Assembly: GCA_036374055.1 (NCBI GenBank) | Contig: DASUUN010000144.1 | Location: 1-42,109 of the forward strand | Reading direction: 5' to 3' | DNA length: 42,109 nt | Source of the DNA: Burkholderiales bacterium | GTDB taxonomy: Bacteria > Pseudomonadota > Gammaproteobacteria > Burkholderiales > SG8-39 | Shown here: positions 1 to 7,909 of the stretch, piece after piece | Layout: each line of letters starts with the position of its first letter | Position numbering within the stretch: the stretch's first letter is position 1 | Made by a program: the position numbers and the translations under genes | The notes under the pieces: generated by a model | The model's database searches: none | What the model was told of the DNA's origin: nothing | Seen by the model: the letters and a program-made list of their open reading frames with translations, nothing else

Positions 1-198
1 GCCATCAAGGCCTACCTGATCTCCAAGGGCCACGAGGCAAACCGCATCTACACCGAAGGCAAGGGCGAGTCCCAGCCGGTCACCGGCGGCCGATGCAAGA
101 ACATGGGCCGCGAGCATCGCAGCAACCGGAAGCTGGTGGACTGCCTGCAGCCGGACCGGCGCACCGAGATCGAAGTCATCGGCACGCGCAGGAACTAG
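1..198 (+). CDS. OmpA/MotB-family peptidoglycan-binding protein, C-terminal fragment (5' end outside window)
   Basis: Frame +1 is open from the window edge. The translation ...GKGESQPVTGGRCKN...LVDCLQPDRRTEIEVIGTRRN matches the OmpA C-terminal domain pattern. Stop TAG at 196-198. Confidence 0.75.
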   Translation, partial: AIKAYLISKGHEANRIYTEGKGESQPVTGGRCKNMGREHRSNRKLVDCLQPDRRTEIEVIGTRRN

Positions 199-215
199 GC
201 CTTCCCGGCTCCAAC

Positions 216-248
216 AAAAGCCCCGCTCCGGCGGGGCTTTTTGTTTTT
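216..248 (+). terminator. Rho-independent terminator after the ompA-like gene
   Basis: Stem AGCCCCGC (219-226) pairs with GCGGGGCT (231-238) across the 4-nt loop TCCG. An upstream A-tract and a downstream TTTTGTTTTT flank it. It lies about 20 nt after the stop codon. Confidence 0.75.
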
Positions 249-262
249 GGGTCAGAGCCCCA

Positions 263-331
263 GAATTCGGGGTCAGGGTCGTAATTATTCGCCGCTGCGC
301 CTAGGATAATTACGACCCTGACCCCGAATTC
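263..331. repeat. Perfect 26-bp inverted repeat (REP/MITE-like hairpin element) abutting the ubiG start codon
   Basis: GAATTCGGGGTCAGGGTCGTAATTAT (263-288) is the exact reverse complement of ATAATTACGACCCTGACCCCGAATTC (306-331), with a 17-nt spacer. A partial extra GGGTCAG copy sits at 249-255. Confidence 0.7.
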
Positions 332-332
332 C

Positions 333-1025
333 ATGAACGCCGACCCCGCCGAGCTCGAGAAATTCAGCAACCTCGCCCACCGCTGGTGGGACCCGCAGGG
401 CGAGTTCCGCCCGCTGCACGAGATCAACCCGCTGCGCCTGGAGTGGATCGACCGCCACGCGCAGCTCGCCGGCAAGGCGGTCATCGACGTCGGCTGCGGC
501 GGCGGCATCCTCGCCGAAGCCATGGCGCAGCGCGGCGCGCGCGTCACCGGCATCGATCTTTCCGAGAAAGGGTTGAAGGTCGCGGAGCTGCACCTGCTGG
601 AGTCGAAGCTGGACGTGACCTATCGCAAGGCCATGGCGGAGGAATTCGCTGCGGAGAATCCCGGCGCCTTCGACGTCGTCACCTGCATGGAGCTGCTCGA
701 GCACGTGCCGCAGCCCGAAAGCATGGTGGCGGCCTGCGCGCGCCTGGTGCGCCCGGGCGGGCTGGTATTCTTCTCCACCATCAACCGCAATCCCAAGTCC
801 TATCTGTTCGCCGTGATCGGCGCGGAGTACGTTCTCAACCTGCTGCCCAAGGGCACGCACGACTACATGCGCTTCATCAAGCCGTCGGAGCTGTCGCGCT
901 GGAGCCGCGGCGCCGGGCTGCGGCCCGAGGAGCTCGTCGGCATGACCTACAACCCGCTGACGCGCCGCTACCGGCTGGGAAGCGACTGCGACGTCAACTA
1001 CCTGCTGCGCTGCTCGCGTGAATAG
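333..1025 (+). CDS. ubiG: Bifunctional ubiquinone biosynthesis O-methyltransferase UbiG
   Basis: 230 aa. The N-terminus [33 protein letters not shown] and the SAM motif [16 protein letters not shown] are typical of UbiG. It is followed by a HAD phosphatase, as in many proteobacteria. Confidence 0.9.
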   Translation: MNADPAELEKFSNLAHRWWDPQGEFRPLHEINPLRLEWIDRHAQLAGKAVIDVGCGGGILAEAMAQRGARVTGIDLSEKGLKVAELHLLESKLDVTYRKAMAEEFAAENPGAFDVVTCMELLEHVPQPESMVAACARLVRPGGLVFFSTINRNPKSYLFAVIGAEYVLNLLPKGTHDYMRFIKPSELSRWSRGAGLRPEELVGMTYNPLTRRYRLGSDCDVNYLLRCSRE

Positions 1026-1665
1026 AGCCGCGGTGCTGTTCGACCTGGACGGAACGCTCGCCGACACGGCGCCTGACCTCGCCGACGCGGTGAACCGCAT
1101 ACTCGTCGAGCAAGGCCACGAGCCGCTGCCCCTCGAGCGCCTGCGCCCCTTCGCCTCGGCCGGCGCGCGCGGCCTGCTGCACGCGGCGCTCGGCATCAAG
1201 CCGGACGACGCCGAGTACGCCGCGCTGCGCGAGACCTTCCTCGAGTACTACGCCGAGAACGTCTGCCGGCATACGAAGCTCTTCCCCGGCATCGCCGAGC
1301 TGCTGCGCGAGCTGAGCGGGCGCGACGTGCCCTGGGGCATCGTCACCAACAAGGCCACCCGGTTCACCGAAAGGATCGTCCTCGGACTGGAGCTGAAGCC
1401 CGATGCCGTCGCCTGCGGGGATACCACGCCGCATCTCAAGCCGCATCCCGCCTCGCTGCTGCACGCGGCCGGGCAGCTCAATGTCCCGCCCGGCAGCTGC
1501 TTCTACCTCGGCGACGACCTGCGCGACATGAAGGCCGCGCAGGCCGCGGGCGCGCGCCCGATCGCCGTCGAATGGGGCTACCACCATCCCGACCACGGCG
1601 GCCCAAACACCTGGGAGGCCAGCGCGGTTCTCACCCACCCCTTAGAGCTTCTTTCTCATCTATGA
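1018..1665 (+). CDS. HAD-IA family phosphatase (phosphoglycolate phosphatase Gph / MupP-like)
   Basis: GTG start overlaps the ubiG stop by 8 nt. It carries the DLDGTLADT nucleophile motif, a later GIVTNK, and [14 protein letters not shown] (HAD motifs I-IV). Confidence 0.8.
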   Translation: MNRAAVLFDLDGTLADTAPDLADAVNRILVEQGHEPLPLERLRPFASAGARGLLHAALGIKPDDAEYAALRETFLEYYAENVCRHTKLFPGIAELLRELSGRDVPWGIVTNKATRFTERIVLGLELKPDAVACGDTTPHLKPHPASLLHAAGQLNVPPGSCFYLGDDLRDMKAAQAAGARPIAVEWGYHHPDHGGPNTWEASAVLTHPLELLSHL

Positions 1666-2612
1666 AAGCGGTTGCCCACACCTTCACGGACATCGAGCTT
1701 CCCAAGCCCTCCCCGACCGGCCGCGACCTGCTGGTCAAGGTGGAGGCCGTCTCGATCAACCCGGTGGACTACAAGCAGAGAAAGGTCGGCTCATCCACGC
1801 CGCGCGTGCTCGGCTGGGATGCCGCCGGCACGGTGGAGGCGGTCGGCAGCGAGGTGACCCTGTTCAAGCCCGGCGACGCGGTCTACTACGCGGGCGACGT
1901 CACGCGGCCCGGCTGCGACAGCGAATTCCACCTGGTCGACGAGCGCATCGTCGGGCGCAAGCCCAAGCGCCTGGATTTCGCGCAGGCCGCCGCCATTCCG
2001 CTCACCGCCATCACCGCGTGGGAGGCCTTCTTCGACCGGCTGAAGGTCCAGTCCGGCCGCAGCATGCTGATCATCGGCGGCGCCGGGGGCGTGGGCTCCA
2101 TCGGCATCCAGCTCGCCAAGATCGCCGGCCTGCGCGTCATCGCCACCGCCTCGCGCCCGGCATCCGTCGCCTGGGTGAAGGAGCTCGGCGCCGACGAAGT
2201 CGCGGACCACCGCAAGAACCTCGCCGCCGAGATCGGGAAGCCGGTCGACTACATCGCCTGCTTCAACGACCTCGACCAGCACTGGCCGGCGATCGGCGAG
2301 CTCATCGCGCCGCAGGGCGGCATCGTGTCGATCCTCGGCAACCAGAGGCCGCTCGCCATGGACGCGGTGCGCGCCAAAAGCGCCACCCTCGCTTGGGAGC
2401 TGATGTTCACCCGCCCGCGCTTCCAGACCCCCGACATGATCGAGCAGCACAAGCTGCTCAACCAGGTGGCCGACTGGCTCGACGCCGGCAAGCTGCGCGG
2501 CACGCTGAAGGAGACCCTCTCGCCCATCAACGCCGCCAACCTGCGCAAGGCCCACGAGAAGGTCGAGTCCGGCACCATGATCGGCAAGCTCGTTCTGAAG
2601 GGATGGTCATGA
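1662..2612 (+). CDS. Zinc-type alcohol dehydrogenase-like / quinone oxidoreductase (MDR superfamily)
   Basis: Internal ATG at 1662 shares ATGA with the upstream stop. It has a GroES-like N-terminus (VKVEAVSINPVDYK, GWDAAGTVEAVG) and the Rossmann motif IIGGAGGVGSIGIQLAK. The track ORF from 1572 is an upstream in-frame extension. Confidence 0.85.
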   Translation: MKAVAHTFTDIELPKPSPTGRDLLVKVEAVSINPVDYKQRKVGSSTPRVLGWDAAGTVEAVGSEVTLFKPGDAVYYAGDVTRPGCDSEFHLVDERIVGRKPKRLDFAQAAAIPLTAITAWEAFFDRLKVQSGRSMLIIGGAGGVGSIGIQLAKIAGLRVIATASRPASVAWVKELGADEVADHRKNLAAEIGKPVDYIACFNDLDQHWPAIGELIAPQGGIVSILGNQRPLAMDAVRAKSATLAWELMFTRPRFQTPDMIEQHKLLNQVADWLDAGKLRGTLKETLSPINAANLRKAHEKVESGTMIGKLVLKGWS

Positions 2613-3172
2613 CCCTCGCGCAAGCGGTTTGGCCGAGCGCCGCACCCATTGCGCGCAACGCCGCGCTGGCGATCGCGGGCACGCTGCTCCTCGCGATCTC
2701 CGCCAAGGTGCACATCCCATTCTGGCCCGTTCCTCTCACCATGCAGACCTTCGTCGTGCTGGTGCTCGGCATGGCGTACGGCTGGAAGCTCGGCGCCGCG
2801 ACCATGCTGCTGTACCTGGCCGAAGGCGCCATCGGCCTGCCGGTGTTCTCCGGCACACCCGAGCGCGGCATCGGGCTTGCCTATATGGTCGGCCCGACCG
2901 GCGGCTACCTCGCTGGCTTCGTCGCCGGCGCGGCGCTCTGCGGCTGGCTCGCCGAGAAGGGCTGGGACCGCAGCTGGTGGCGCACCGCCGTCGCCATGTC
3001 GCTCGGACACCTCGTCATCCTGGCGCTCGGCTGGGCCTGGCTCGCCACGCTCATCGGCCCCGCCAAGGCCTACGCGCTCGGCGTCGAGCCCTTTTACCTC
3101 GCGACCGCGGCCAAGACTGCCCTCGCCGTAGCGGCTTTGCCGCTGGCATGGAAACTAATTCCCAAGCCTTGA
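2609..3172 (+). CDS. bioY: Biotin transporter BioY (ECF S-component-like)
   Basis: MTLAQ...ISAKVHIPFWPVPLTMQTFVVLVLGMAYGWKLG...GLPVFSG...GPTGGYLAGF is the BioY signature. Start is ATG 2609 (or 2603), overlapping the upstream stop. Confidence 0.85.
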   Translation: MTLAQAVWPSAAPIARNAALAIAGTLLLAISAKVHIPFWPVPLTMQTFVVLVLGMAYGWKLGAATMLLYLAEGAIGLPVFSGTPERGIGLAYMVGPTGGYLAGFVAGAALCGWLAEKGWDRSWWRTAVAMSLGHLVILALGWAWLATLIGPAKAYALGVEPFYLATAAKTALAVAALPLAWKLIPKP

Positions 3173-3221
3173 GTCAGAGCTAACCGTCCCCATATGGGAC
3201 AATGCAGGACACAACGAATCC

Positions 3222-3591
3222 GGGGGCGACCTGGTTTCGACGTGGGCAACGAAGCAGCGCAGGGCATGCCGAGGACCAGATCACCTCGCAAATCCAGTCT
3301 GGAAACACTACAAACGCCAACGACGAGCGTTTCGCTCTAGCCGCCTAACACCGGCTAGACGCTGCACTGGTCTGCTGATGGGCCAGGCCCAGTTCATCGG
3401 GTGCAGCGTCATTCACATCAGCCTCTCTCCCGGGCTTGGCCGCTTGGCCCGGGGGATCCGTCGAAGCGGCTAGCCGCGCGTCAGCCTGCCGGTGGGCGGG
3501 CGCAAGGCGAAGCTCAAACCACCAGGCTAAGCATGTAGTCCTGACTGCCTAGGGTCTACGGACGCGGGTTCGATTCCCGCCGCCTCCACCA
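3222..3591 (+). ncRNA. ssrA: tmRNA (transfer-messenger RNA, SsrA)
   Basis: 5' end GGGGGCGACCTGGTTTCGACG and 3' end GGACGCGGGTTCGATTCCCGCCGCCTCCACCA (tRNA-Ala-like acceptor and T arm). The internal tag ORF GCC AAC GAC GAG CGT TTC GCT CTA GCC GCC TAA (3316-3348) encodes ANDERFALAA. Confidence 0.95.
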
Positions 3592-3699
3592 ATTCCCACA
3601 GCGTAGCGCGTGCCGTGACTAGTCCGACAACGCGCCTCTCGACCAGTGAGCGTGGAATAGGCAGGCGGCTTGCTTGTTGGCGGTGGCACGGAGGTATTC

Positions 3700-4089
3700 A
3701 TGTCACCCAGACCTGTCTTCGCCGCCTCAGCCCTTTTCCTTGCCGGCTGCGCCGGAATGCAGCAGCCGGATCCATCCAACGTAGCGGCCTACTGCACCGA
3801 GCAGAACGGCTACCGCCTCGGCTCGCAGATGCGTGCCTACTACGGCAATTGCCCGAAGGAATCCGAGGCGGCCTTCCTCGCCGGCCTGCAGCGCGGCCGT
3901 GCCGTGCGCCCCAGCACGCCGGCGGCAGAGCCCTTTTTCTGGCAGATGGACGAGCTTGAAAAGCAGTTGCGCGCCGCAACCTCGGATGCCGACCGCGAGC
4001 GGCTGCACGCGCGGTTGCGGGAGGCCGAGTACTGGGCCATCCATATTGTGAACGACCCGGGCAGCTACACCCCTTCTGGCCCAAGATAG
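3700..4089 (+). CDS. Hypothetical lipoprotein
   Basis: ATG 3700 is preceded by GGAGG (3690-3694). Signal plus lipobox MSPRPVFAASALFLAGC. No family recognised. Confidence 0.6.
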   Translation: MSPRPVFAASALFLAGCAGMQQPDPSNVAAYCTEQNGYRLGSQMRAYYGNCPKESEAAFLAGLQRGRAVRPSTPAAEPFFWQMDELEKQLRAATSDADRERLHARLREAEYWAIHIVNDPGSYTPSGPR

Positions 4090-4096
4090 GCAAACC

Positions 4097-4564
4097 CTAT
4101 AGCCAGCGACGGACCGCGCGCTTGTACGGCGGGTACTGCGCGGGGAACCGAGCCTCGAGGTAGCGCTCCTCGCGCGGGATGACCACCAGCGTCATGAGGG
4201 CGAGCGCGGGAAGAAGCGCGAGCAGCAGGCCCAGGCTGTTGACCCATGCAGCGAGTCCGATCTGCAAGAGCGTGAAAGCGAGATAAACGGGATTGCGGCT
4301 GAAGCGGTAGGGGCCTTTGCGGACAATGGTTGTCGTGGGGCGGTTGCCCGGGAGGGGAGTCCCCGCCTTTCGGAACGTGCGCACGGCGCAAATGAAGACA
4401 GCGCCGGCCACGAGCACGACCATGACGCCGAGCGGCACGCCAAGGGAAGGTGGAAGCAACCGCACCGGCCAGAACCAGTGGACGAGCAGGCCAAGGGCGA
4501 TCGAGCCGAGGTAAGCGAGGGGCGGGCGGATTAGTCCGAGGTTCGCGACTTCGCGCCGGGTCAC
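4097..4564 (-). CDS. Membrane methyltransferase, isoprenylcysteine carboxyl methyltransferase (ICMT)/PEMT family
   Basis: 155 aa with multiple TM helices. The C-terminal GPYRFSRNPVYLAF...EERYLEARFPAQYPPYKRAVRRWL is the ICMT/PEMT-type signature. Its GTG start shares GTGA with the upstream gene's stop. Confidence 0.75.
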   Translation of the reverse strand: MTRREVANLGLIRPPLAYLGSIALGLLVHWFWPVRLLPPSLGVPLGVMVVLVAGAVFICAVRTFRKAGTPLPGNRPTTTIVRKGPYRFSRNPVYLAFTLLQIGLAAWVNSLGLLLALLPALALMTLVVIPREERYLEARFPAQYPPYKRAVRRWL

Positions 4565-5175
4565 GGCTTGCGGAATACCACGCAGTAGCTCCCGAGCGGG
4601 CCGCGGCCCGGCCAGTCGTCGATCAGGCGGACGAGTTTGAATCCGCTGCCCGTCACTTCGCTGATGACGGCCTTGGCGGGAACCCCGAACGAGCCTCGGC
4701 TGAAGAAGAAAGGCGGCGGGAAGTCGATGACGGCGAGCACGCCGCCCGGCCGCAACGAGCGCAACAGGCTGGCGTTGATGCCCGGGGGATCCGTCAGGTG
4801 GTGATACACGCGCCGCAGCACGATCGCGTCGCAGCAGTTCAGGGGCAATCCGGTCTCGCTGGCGGACGCTTCGACCACCGTAACATTGTCGAGCCTGGCG
4901 ACGACGAGCGCCTCGCGAAGCCCGCGCAGGCGTCCGGGGTCGATCTCGGTGGAAAAGACGCGCCCGTTCGGGCCCACCTCGCCCGCAAGCGCGAACGTCA
5001 GTCCGCCCTTACCGGCGCCGACATCTGCCACCACGGCGTCCGCCTCGAGGGCGAGCACCTGGCTGAGGCGCGGCATTTCGGGACCGTCGGCGCGAAAGCC
5101 GAACCCGCTCCACTGACATCCCGCGCAGAGCGCCGAGAGGACAACCGCCACTGCCGCCGCGCCGCTTCGACGCAT
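4561..5175 (-). CDS. Class I SAM-dependent methyltransferase with N-terminal signal peptide (possible lipoprotein)
   Basis: VADVGAGKGGLTFALA is SAM motif I, followed by VYHHL and LRPGGVLAVIDF. I prefer ATG 5175 (GAAGG sits 10 nt upstream) over the track's TTG 5205, which would fall inside the predicted promoter. N-terminus MRRSGAAAVAVVLSALCAGC. Confidence 0.75.
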   Translation of the reverse strand: MRRSGAAAVAVVLSALCAGCQWSGFGFRADGPEMPRLSQVLALEADAVVADVGAGKGGLTFALAGEVGPNGRVFSTEIDPGRLRGLREALVVARLDNVTVVEASASETGLPLNCCDAIVLRRVYHHLTDPPGINASLLRSLRPGGVLAVIDFPPPFFFSRGSFGVPAKAVISEVTGSGFKLVRLIDDWPGRGPLGSYCVVFRKP

Positions 5176-5201
5176 CGCTTGCTTGCCTTCGGATATCGAA
5201 A

Positions 5202-5237
5202 GCAATACTGTGCCAATTCAAGTCGACTTCAAGTCAA
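5202..5237 (-). promoter_or_regulatory. Candidate MerR-type promoter/operator for the methyltransferase operon (divergent from the regulator gene)
   Basis: On the minus strand: TTGACT (5237-5232), then an imperfect dyad ACTTGAA-GTCGAC-TTGAATT (5234-5215, 16 of 20 positions symmetric), then A/T-rich -10-like sequence (CAGTATT, about 5210-5204). That gives an over-long spacer of about 19-21 nt, as in MerR-activated promoters. Confidence 0.4.
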
Positions 5238-5241
5238 GCGG

Positions 5242-5670
5242 ATGAGGCCCCTGGACATCGCAGAGGTGGCGCAGCGCTCCGGGGTTGCTACCTCGACGCT
5301 GCGGTTCTACGAGCAGAAGGGACTGATCGCCTCCGTTGGAAGGCGCGGCTTGCGCCGCGTCTTCGCTCCCGGCGTGCTGGAACGGCTGGCGCTGATCGCG
5401 CTGGGACGCGCTGCCGGTTTCTCGCTGGAGGAGATCGCGCTCATGTTCGCACCGGATGGGCAGGTGCGCATCGACCGGCAGATGCTCACGGCTAAGGCTG
5501 AGGACCTGGAAAGGGCAATCAGCAAGCTGAGCACGATGCGCGACGGCCTGCGGCACGCCGCTGCCTGTCCGGCGCCGAGCCACATGGAATGCCCCAACTT
5601 CCGCCGCCACCTGCAGTCCGCCGCGGCCCGCAAGCTCACCGAGACAAAGCGCCGTCCCAACCGACGCTAG
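5242..5670 (+). CDS. MerR-family transcriptional regulator with C-terminal C-x7-C loop (metal/redox-sensor type)
   Basis: The N-terminal wHTH MRPLDIAEVAQRSGVATSTLRFYEQKGLI is typical of MerR. It has a coiled-coil region and then ACPAPSHMEC (Cys109/Cys117). Internal ATG of the track ORF 4450..5670. Confidence 0.85.
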   Translation: MRPLDIAEVAQRSGVATSTLRFYEQKGLIASVGRRGLRRVFAPGVLERLALIALGRAAGFSLEEIALMFAPDGQVRIDRQMLTAKAEDLERAISKLSTMRDGLRHAAACPAPSHMECPNFRRHLQSAAARKLTETKRRPNRR

Positions 5671-5836
5671 TACACGAAGGCGAGAAACAAACCCGAGGCG
5701 ATGCTGTAGCGCACAACGTCGACTTTTTCACCAGGTCCGCGGCGGTCCCTGCTATAGAATCCTTGCGGGGACTGGCGCGGCGACCAACGCCGCGCTGCAT
5801 CAGAAAAAAAAGACTCTGGCAGACAAGGAGCATCGC

Positions 5837-5935
5837 ATGTCCGCAGGTTCCACGACGCTCAAGCGACAGGCCATGGCGGGAACGCCGCAGGCCGACCGGA
5901 TTTTCAGCGACCTCATCATGGAAAGCCTGCGATGA
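5837..5935 (+). CDS. Possible 32-aa leader/small protein upstream of the LTA-synthase-like gene
   Basis: AAGGAG (5825-5830) lies 6 nt before ATG 5837. Translation is MSAGSTTLKRQAMAGTPQADRIFSDLIMESLR. Its stop shares ATGA with the downstream start (5932). About 77% G/C at third positions. It is below the ORF-track size cut-off. Confidence 0.35.
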   Translation: MSAGSTTLKRQAMAGTPQADRIFSDLIMESLR

Positions 5936-7899
5936 AACTGGCCTTGCTGGCCACCGCGCTCAACCTTGCGGCGTTCGCGTGCCTGCGCATCGCCTTCCTG
6001 TGGACCTTCGGCAATCTCGCTTCCTCCCCCGGCGAGCTGCTTCAAGCCTTCTACCTGGGCTTCAAGTTCGATCTGCGGCTCGCCGTGCTGGTGAGCTCGC
6101 CGCTGATTGTCACCGCCTGGCTGCCGCTGCTCGATCCCGCGCAGCGGCGCGCCGCCAGGCGCTTCTGGCTGGCTTACTTCGCGGCGGCATTTGCGGCGCT
6201 GCTGCTCGCCTACGCCGCCGACTTCGGGCACTACGCCTACACCAGCACGCGCCTGCACGGCGGCGCGCTCGAGCATCTGACGCCGGCCGATGTCGCGCTG
6301 CGCATGGTCTGGGAGAGCTATCCGGTCGTCTGGGTTCTGATCGGCGTTGCCTGGGCGGCCGGCGTCTTCGGTTGGCTGCTGCATCGCGCCTCGCCGCCGC
6401 CTGCCGCGCCGCGGCGCGCGCGCGGCCGCATGGCAGCACTTGCCGGGCTGGCGGCGCTATGGCTCCTGTGCCTCGCGGCGCTATGGGGGAAGTTGTCCTG
6501 GTACCCGCTGCGCTGGAGCGATTCGTATTTTTCGCAGAACCCGTTCGTGTCGGCGCTCGCCTTGAACCCGGTGCTGTTCCTTGCAGACACCCTGGACGAG
6601 CGCAGGCGGCCCTTCGACGAGGACAAGGTGCACGCCCACTACGGCGAGGTCGCCGCGCTGCTGGGCATGCAGCGTCCCGATCCCGGGAGGCGGTCATTCG
6701 CGCGCTACGTCGCGGGTTCGGCCGCTTCGCCTGCCCGGCCGCCCAACCTGGTGCTGATTCATCTCGAGTCGTTCGCCGGCTTCAAGGCGGGGGCCCTCGG
6801 CAATCCGAGCGGTGCGACGCCGCATTTCGATGCCCTTGCCAAGGACGGGATGCTGTTCACCAACTTTTTCGTGCCCAATTCCCCGACCGCTCGCTCGGTG
6901 TTCACGATGCTGACAGGCGTGCCGGACTACCACCCGGGACGCTCGGCTTCCCGCAATCCGCTCCTCGTCAGGCAACACACGCTGATCAACGCGCTGGAGG
7001 GGTACGAGCGGTACTACTTCCTGGGCGGCAGCGCCTCGTGGGCGAACATACGAGGCCTGCTGACCCAGAGCATCCATGATCTGCGCGTGCACGAAGAAGG
7101 CGACTACGCCGCCGAGCGCGTGGACGTCTGGGGCGTCACCGATCACGATGTCTTCGAACAGGCGCATACGGCTTTTGCGCGGTCCACGGGCCCGTTCTTC
7201 GCCTTCATCCAGACTTCCGGCAACCACCGTCCCTACACCATCCCGGACACCAATCGGCGAGGATTCGAGCTGGCGGATCTCGATGCCGCAGCGTTGCACG
7301 CGGCCGGTTTTGACAGCCTTGCGGCGTACAACGGGCTGCGCTTCCTCGATCACGCCGTCGGCCACTTCTTCGACATGGCGCGCAGCGCCCGGTATTACCG
7401 CGACACGGTCTTCATTCTCTACGGGGACCATGGCAATCCCGCGGCCAACGATATCCCCTTCGAGCGGCTGGCACTCACGCGCTACCACGTTCCCATGCTG
7501 ATCGTCGCGCCGGGGCGCATCGCTGCCGGGGAGCGCAGGGACACGGTGGCGAGCTCCGTCGATCTGCTACCCACTGCCCTGCGCCTCATGGGAGTTCCGC
7601 ACTTGAACCAGACGCTCGGCCGCGACCTGCTTGCGGAGCGGCCCGGCGCTCACCGTGTCGCCCTTGTACCCGACGGCCTGCTGACGGACGAGTACCTGCT
7701 GCGTCTGTCACCCGGCGGCCAGGCGCACTTGTACGCCTATCGCTCCAAGGAGCCGACCAAGGATGTCGGCACACGCGTCCCGGAGAGGGTGCAGGAGCTG
7801 CGCCGGCTGAGGGAGGGGCTGTACCAGACGTCTCTCTACCTCCTCCATAACAACCCGCCCCAGCCGCATGAGCCGCCCGCTTCCTACGGAGCCCATTAA
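5932..7899 (+). CDS. LTA synthase family protein / membrane-anchored sulfatase-fold phosphotransferase (OpgB/MdoB-like)
   Basis: 655 aa. The N-terminal part has about 5 TM helices. The following alkaline-phosphatase/sulfatase domain shows NLVLIHLESFAGFK, VPNSPTARSVFTMLTGV and LYGDHGNP. Confidence 0.85.
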   Translation: MKLALLATALNLAAFACLRIAFLWTFGNLASSPGELLQAFYLGFKFDLRLAVLVSSPLIVTAWLPLLDPAQRRAARRFWLAYFAAAFAALLLAYAADFGHYAYTSTRLHGGALEHLTPADVALRMVWESYPVVWVLIGVAWAAGVFGWLLHRASPPPAAPRRARGRMAALAGLAALWLLCLAALWGKLSWYPLRWSDSYFSQNPFVSALALNPVLFLADTLDERRRPFDEDKVHAHYGEVAALLGMQRPDPGRRSFARYVAGSAASPARPPNLVLIHLESFAGFKAGALGNPSGATPHFDALAKDGMLFTNFFVPNSPTARSVFTMLTGVPDYHPGRSASRNPLLVRQHTLINALEGYERYYFLGGSASWANIRGLLTQSIHDLRVHEEGDYAAERVDVWGVTDHDVFEQAHTAFARSTGPFFAFIQTSGNHRPYTIPDTNRRGFELADLDAAALHAAGFDSLAAYNGLRFLDHAVGHFFDMARSARYYRDTVFILYGDHGNPAANDIPFERLALTRYHVPMLIVAPGRIAAGERRDTVASSVDLLPTALRLMGVPHLNQTLGRDLLAERPGAHRVALVPDGLLTDEYLLRLSPGGQAHLYAYRSKEPTKDVGTRVPERVQELRRLREGLYQTSLYLLHNNPPQPHEPPASYGAH

Positions 7900-7909
7900 G
7901 GGACAAGCC

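Noticed and set aside
3186-3200. Palindrome CCCATATGGG just upstream of ssrA, considered as a regulatory site or a terminator for bioY.
   Set aside because: The stem is only 5 bp, with no T-run. It is too weak to call and may simply be part of the ssrA promoter region.
5242-5670. A mercury-resistance (mer) locus, implied by the MerR-family regulator.
   Set aside because: No merT, merP, merA or merB genes are present. The protein lacks the three-Cys MerR pattern I would expect and has only a C-x7-C pair. It is called a generic metal/redox-type MerR-family regulator.
3592-5700. Possible genomic island integrated at the 3' end of ssrA (tmRNA genes are classic integration sites).
   Set aside because: There is no integrase or recombinase gene. 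I could not find a direct repeat of the tmRNA 3' end (…TTCGATTCCCGCCGCCTCCACCA) downstream by eye. GC and codon style look host-like. A proper repeat search against the full genome would be needed to be certain.
5775-5811. GC hairpin GCGCGGCG-ACCAA-CGCCGCGC (5775-5795), followed 8 nt later by an A8 run, considered as a terminator for the MerR-like gene.
   Set aside because: On the plus strand the stem is followed by A rather than T residues. On the minus strand the T-run would precede the stem. It therefore fits no canonical intrinsic terminator in either direction, though it may still be a structural element in the leader of the downstream operon.
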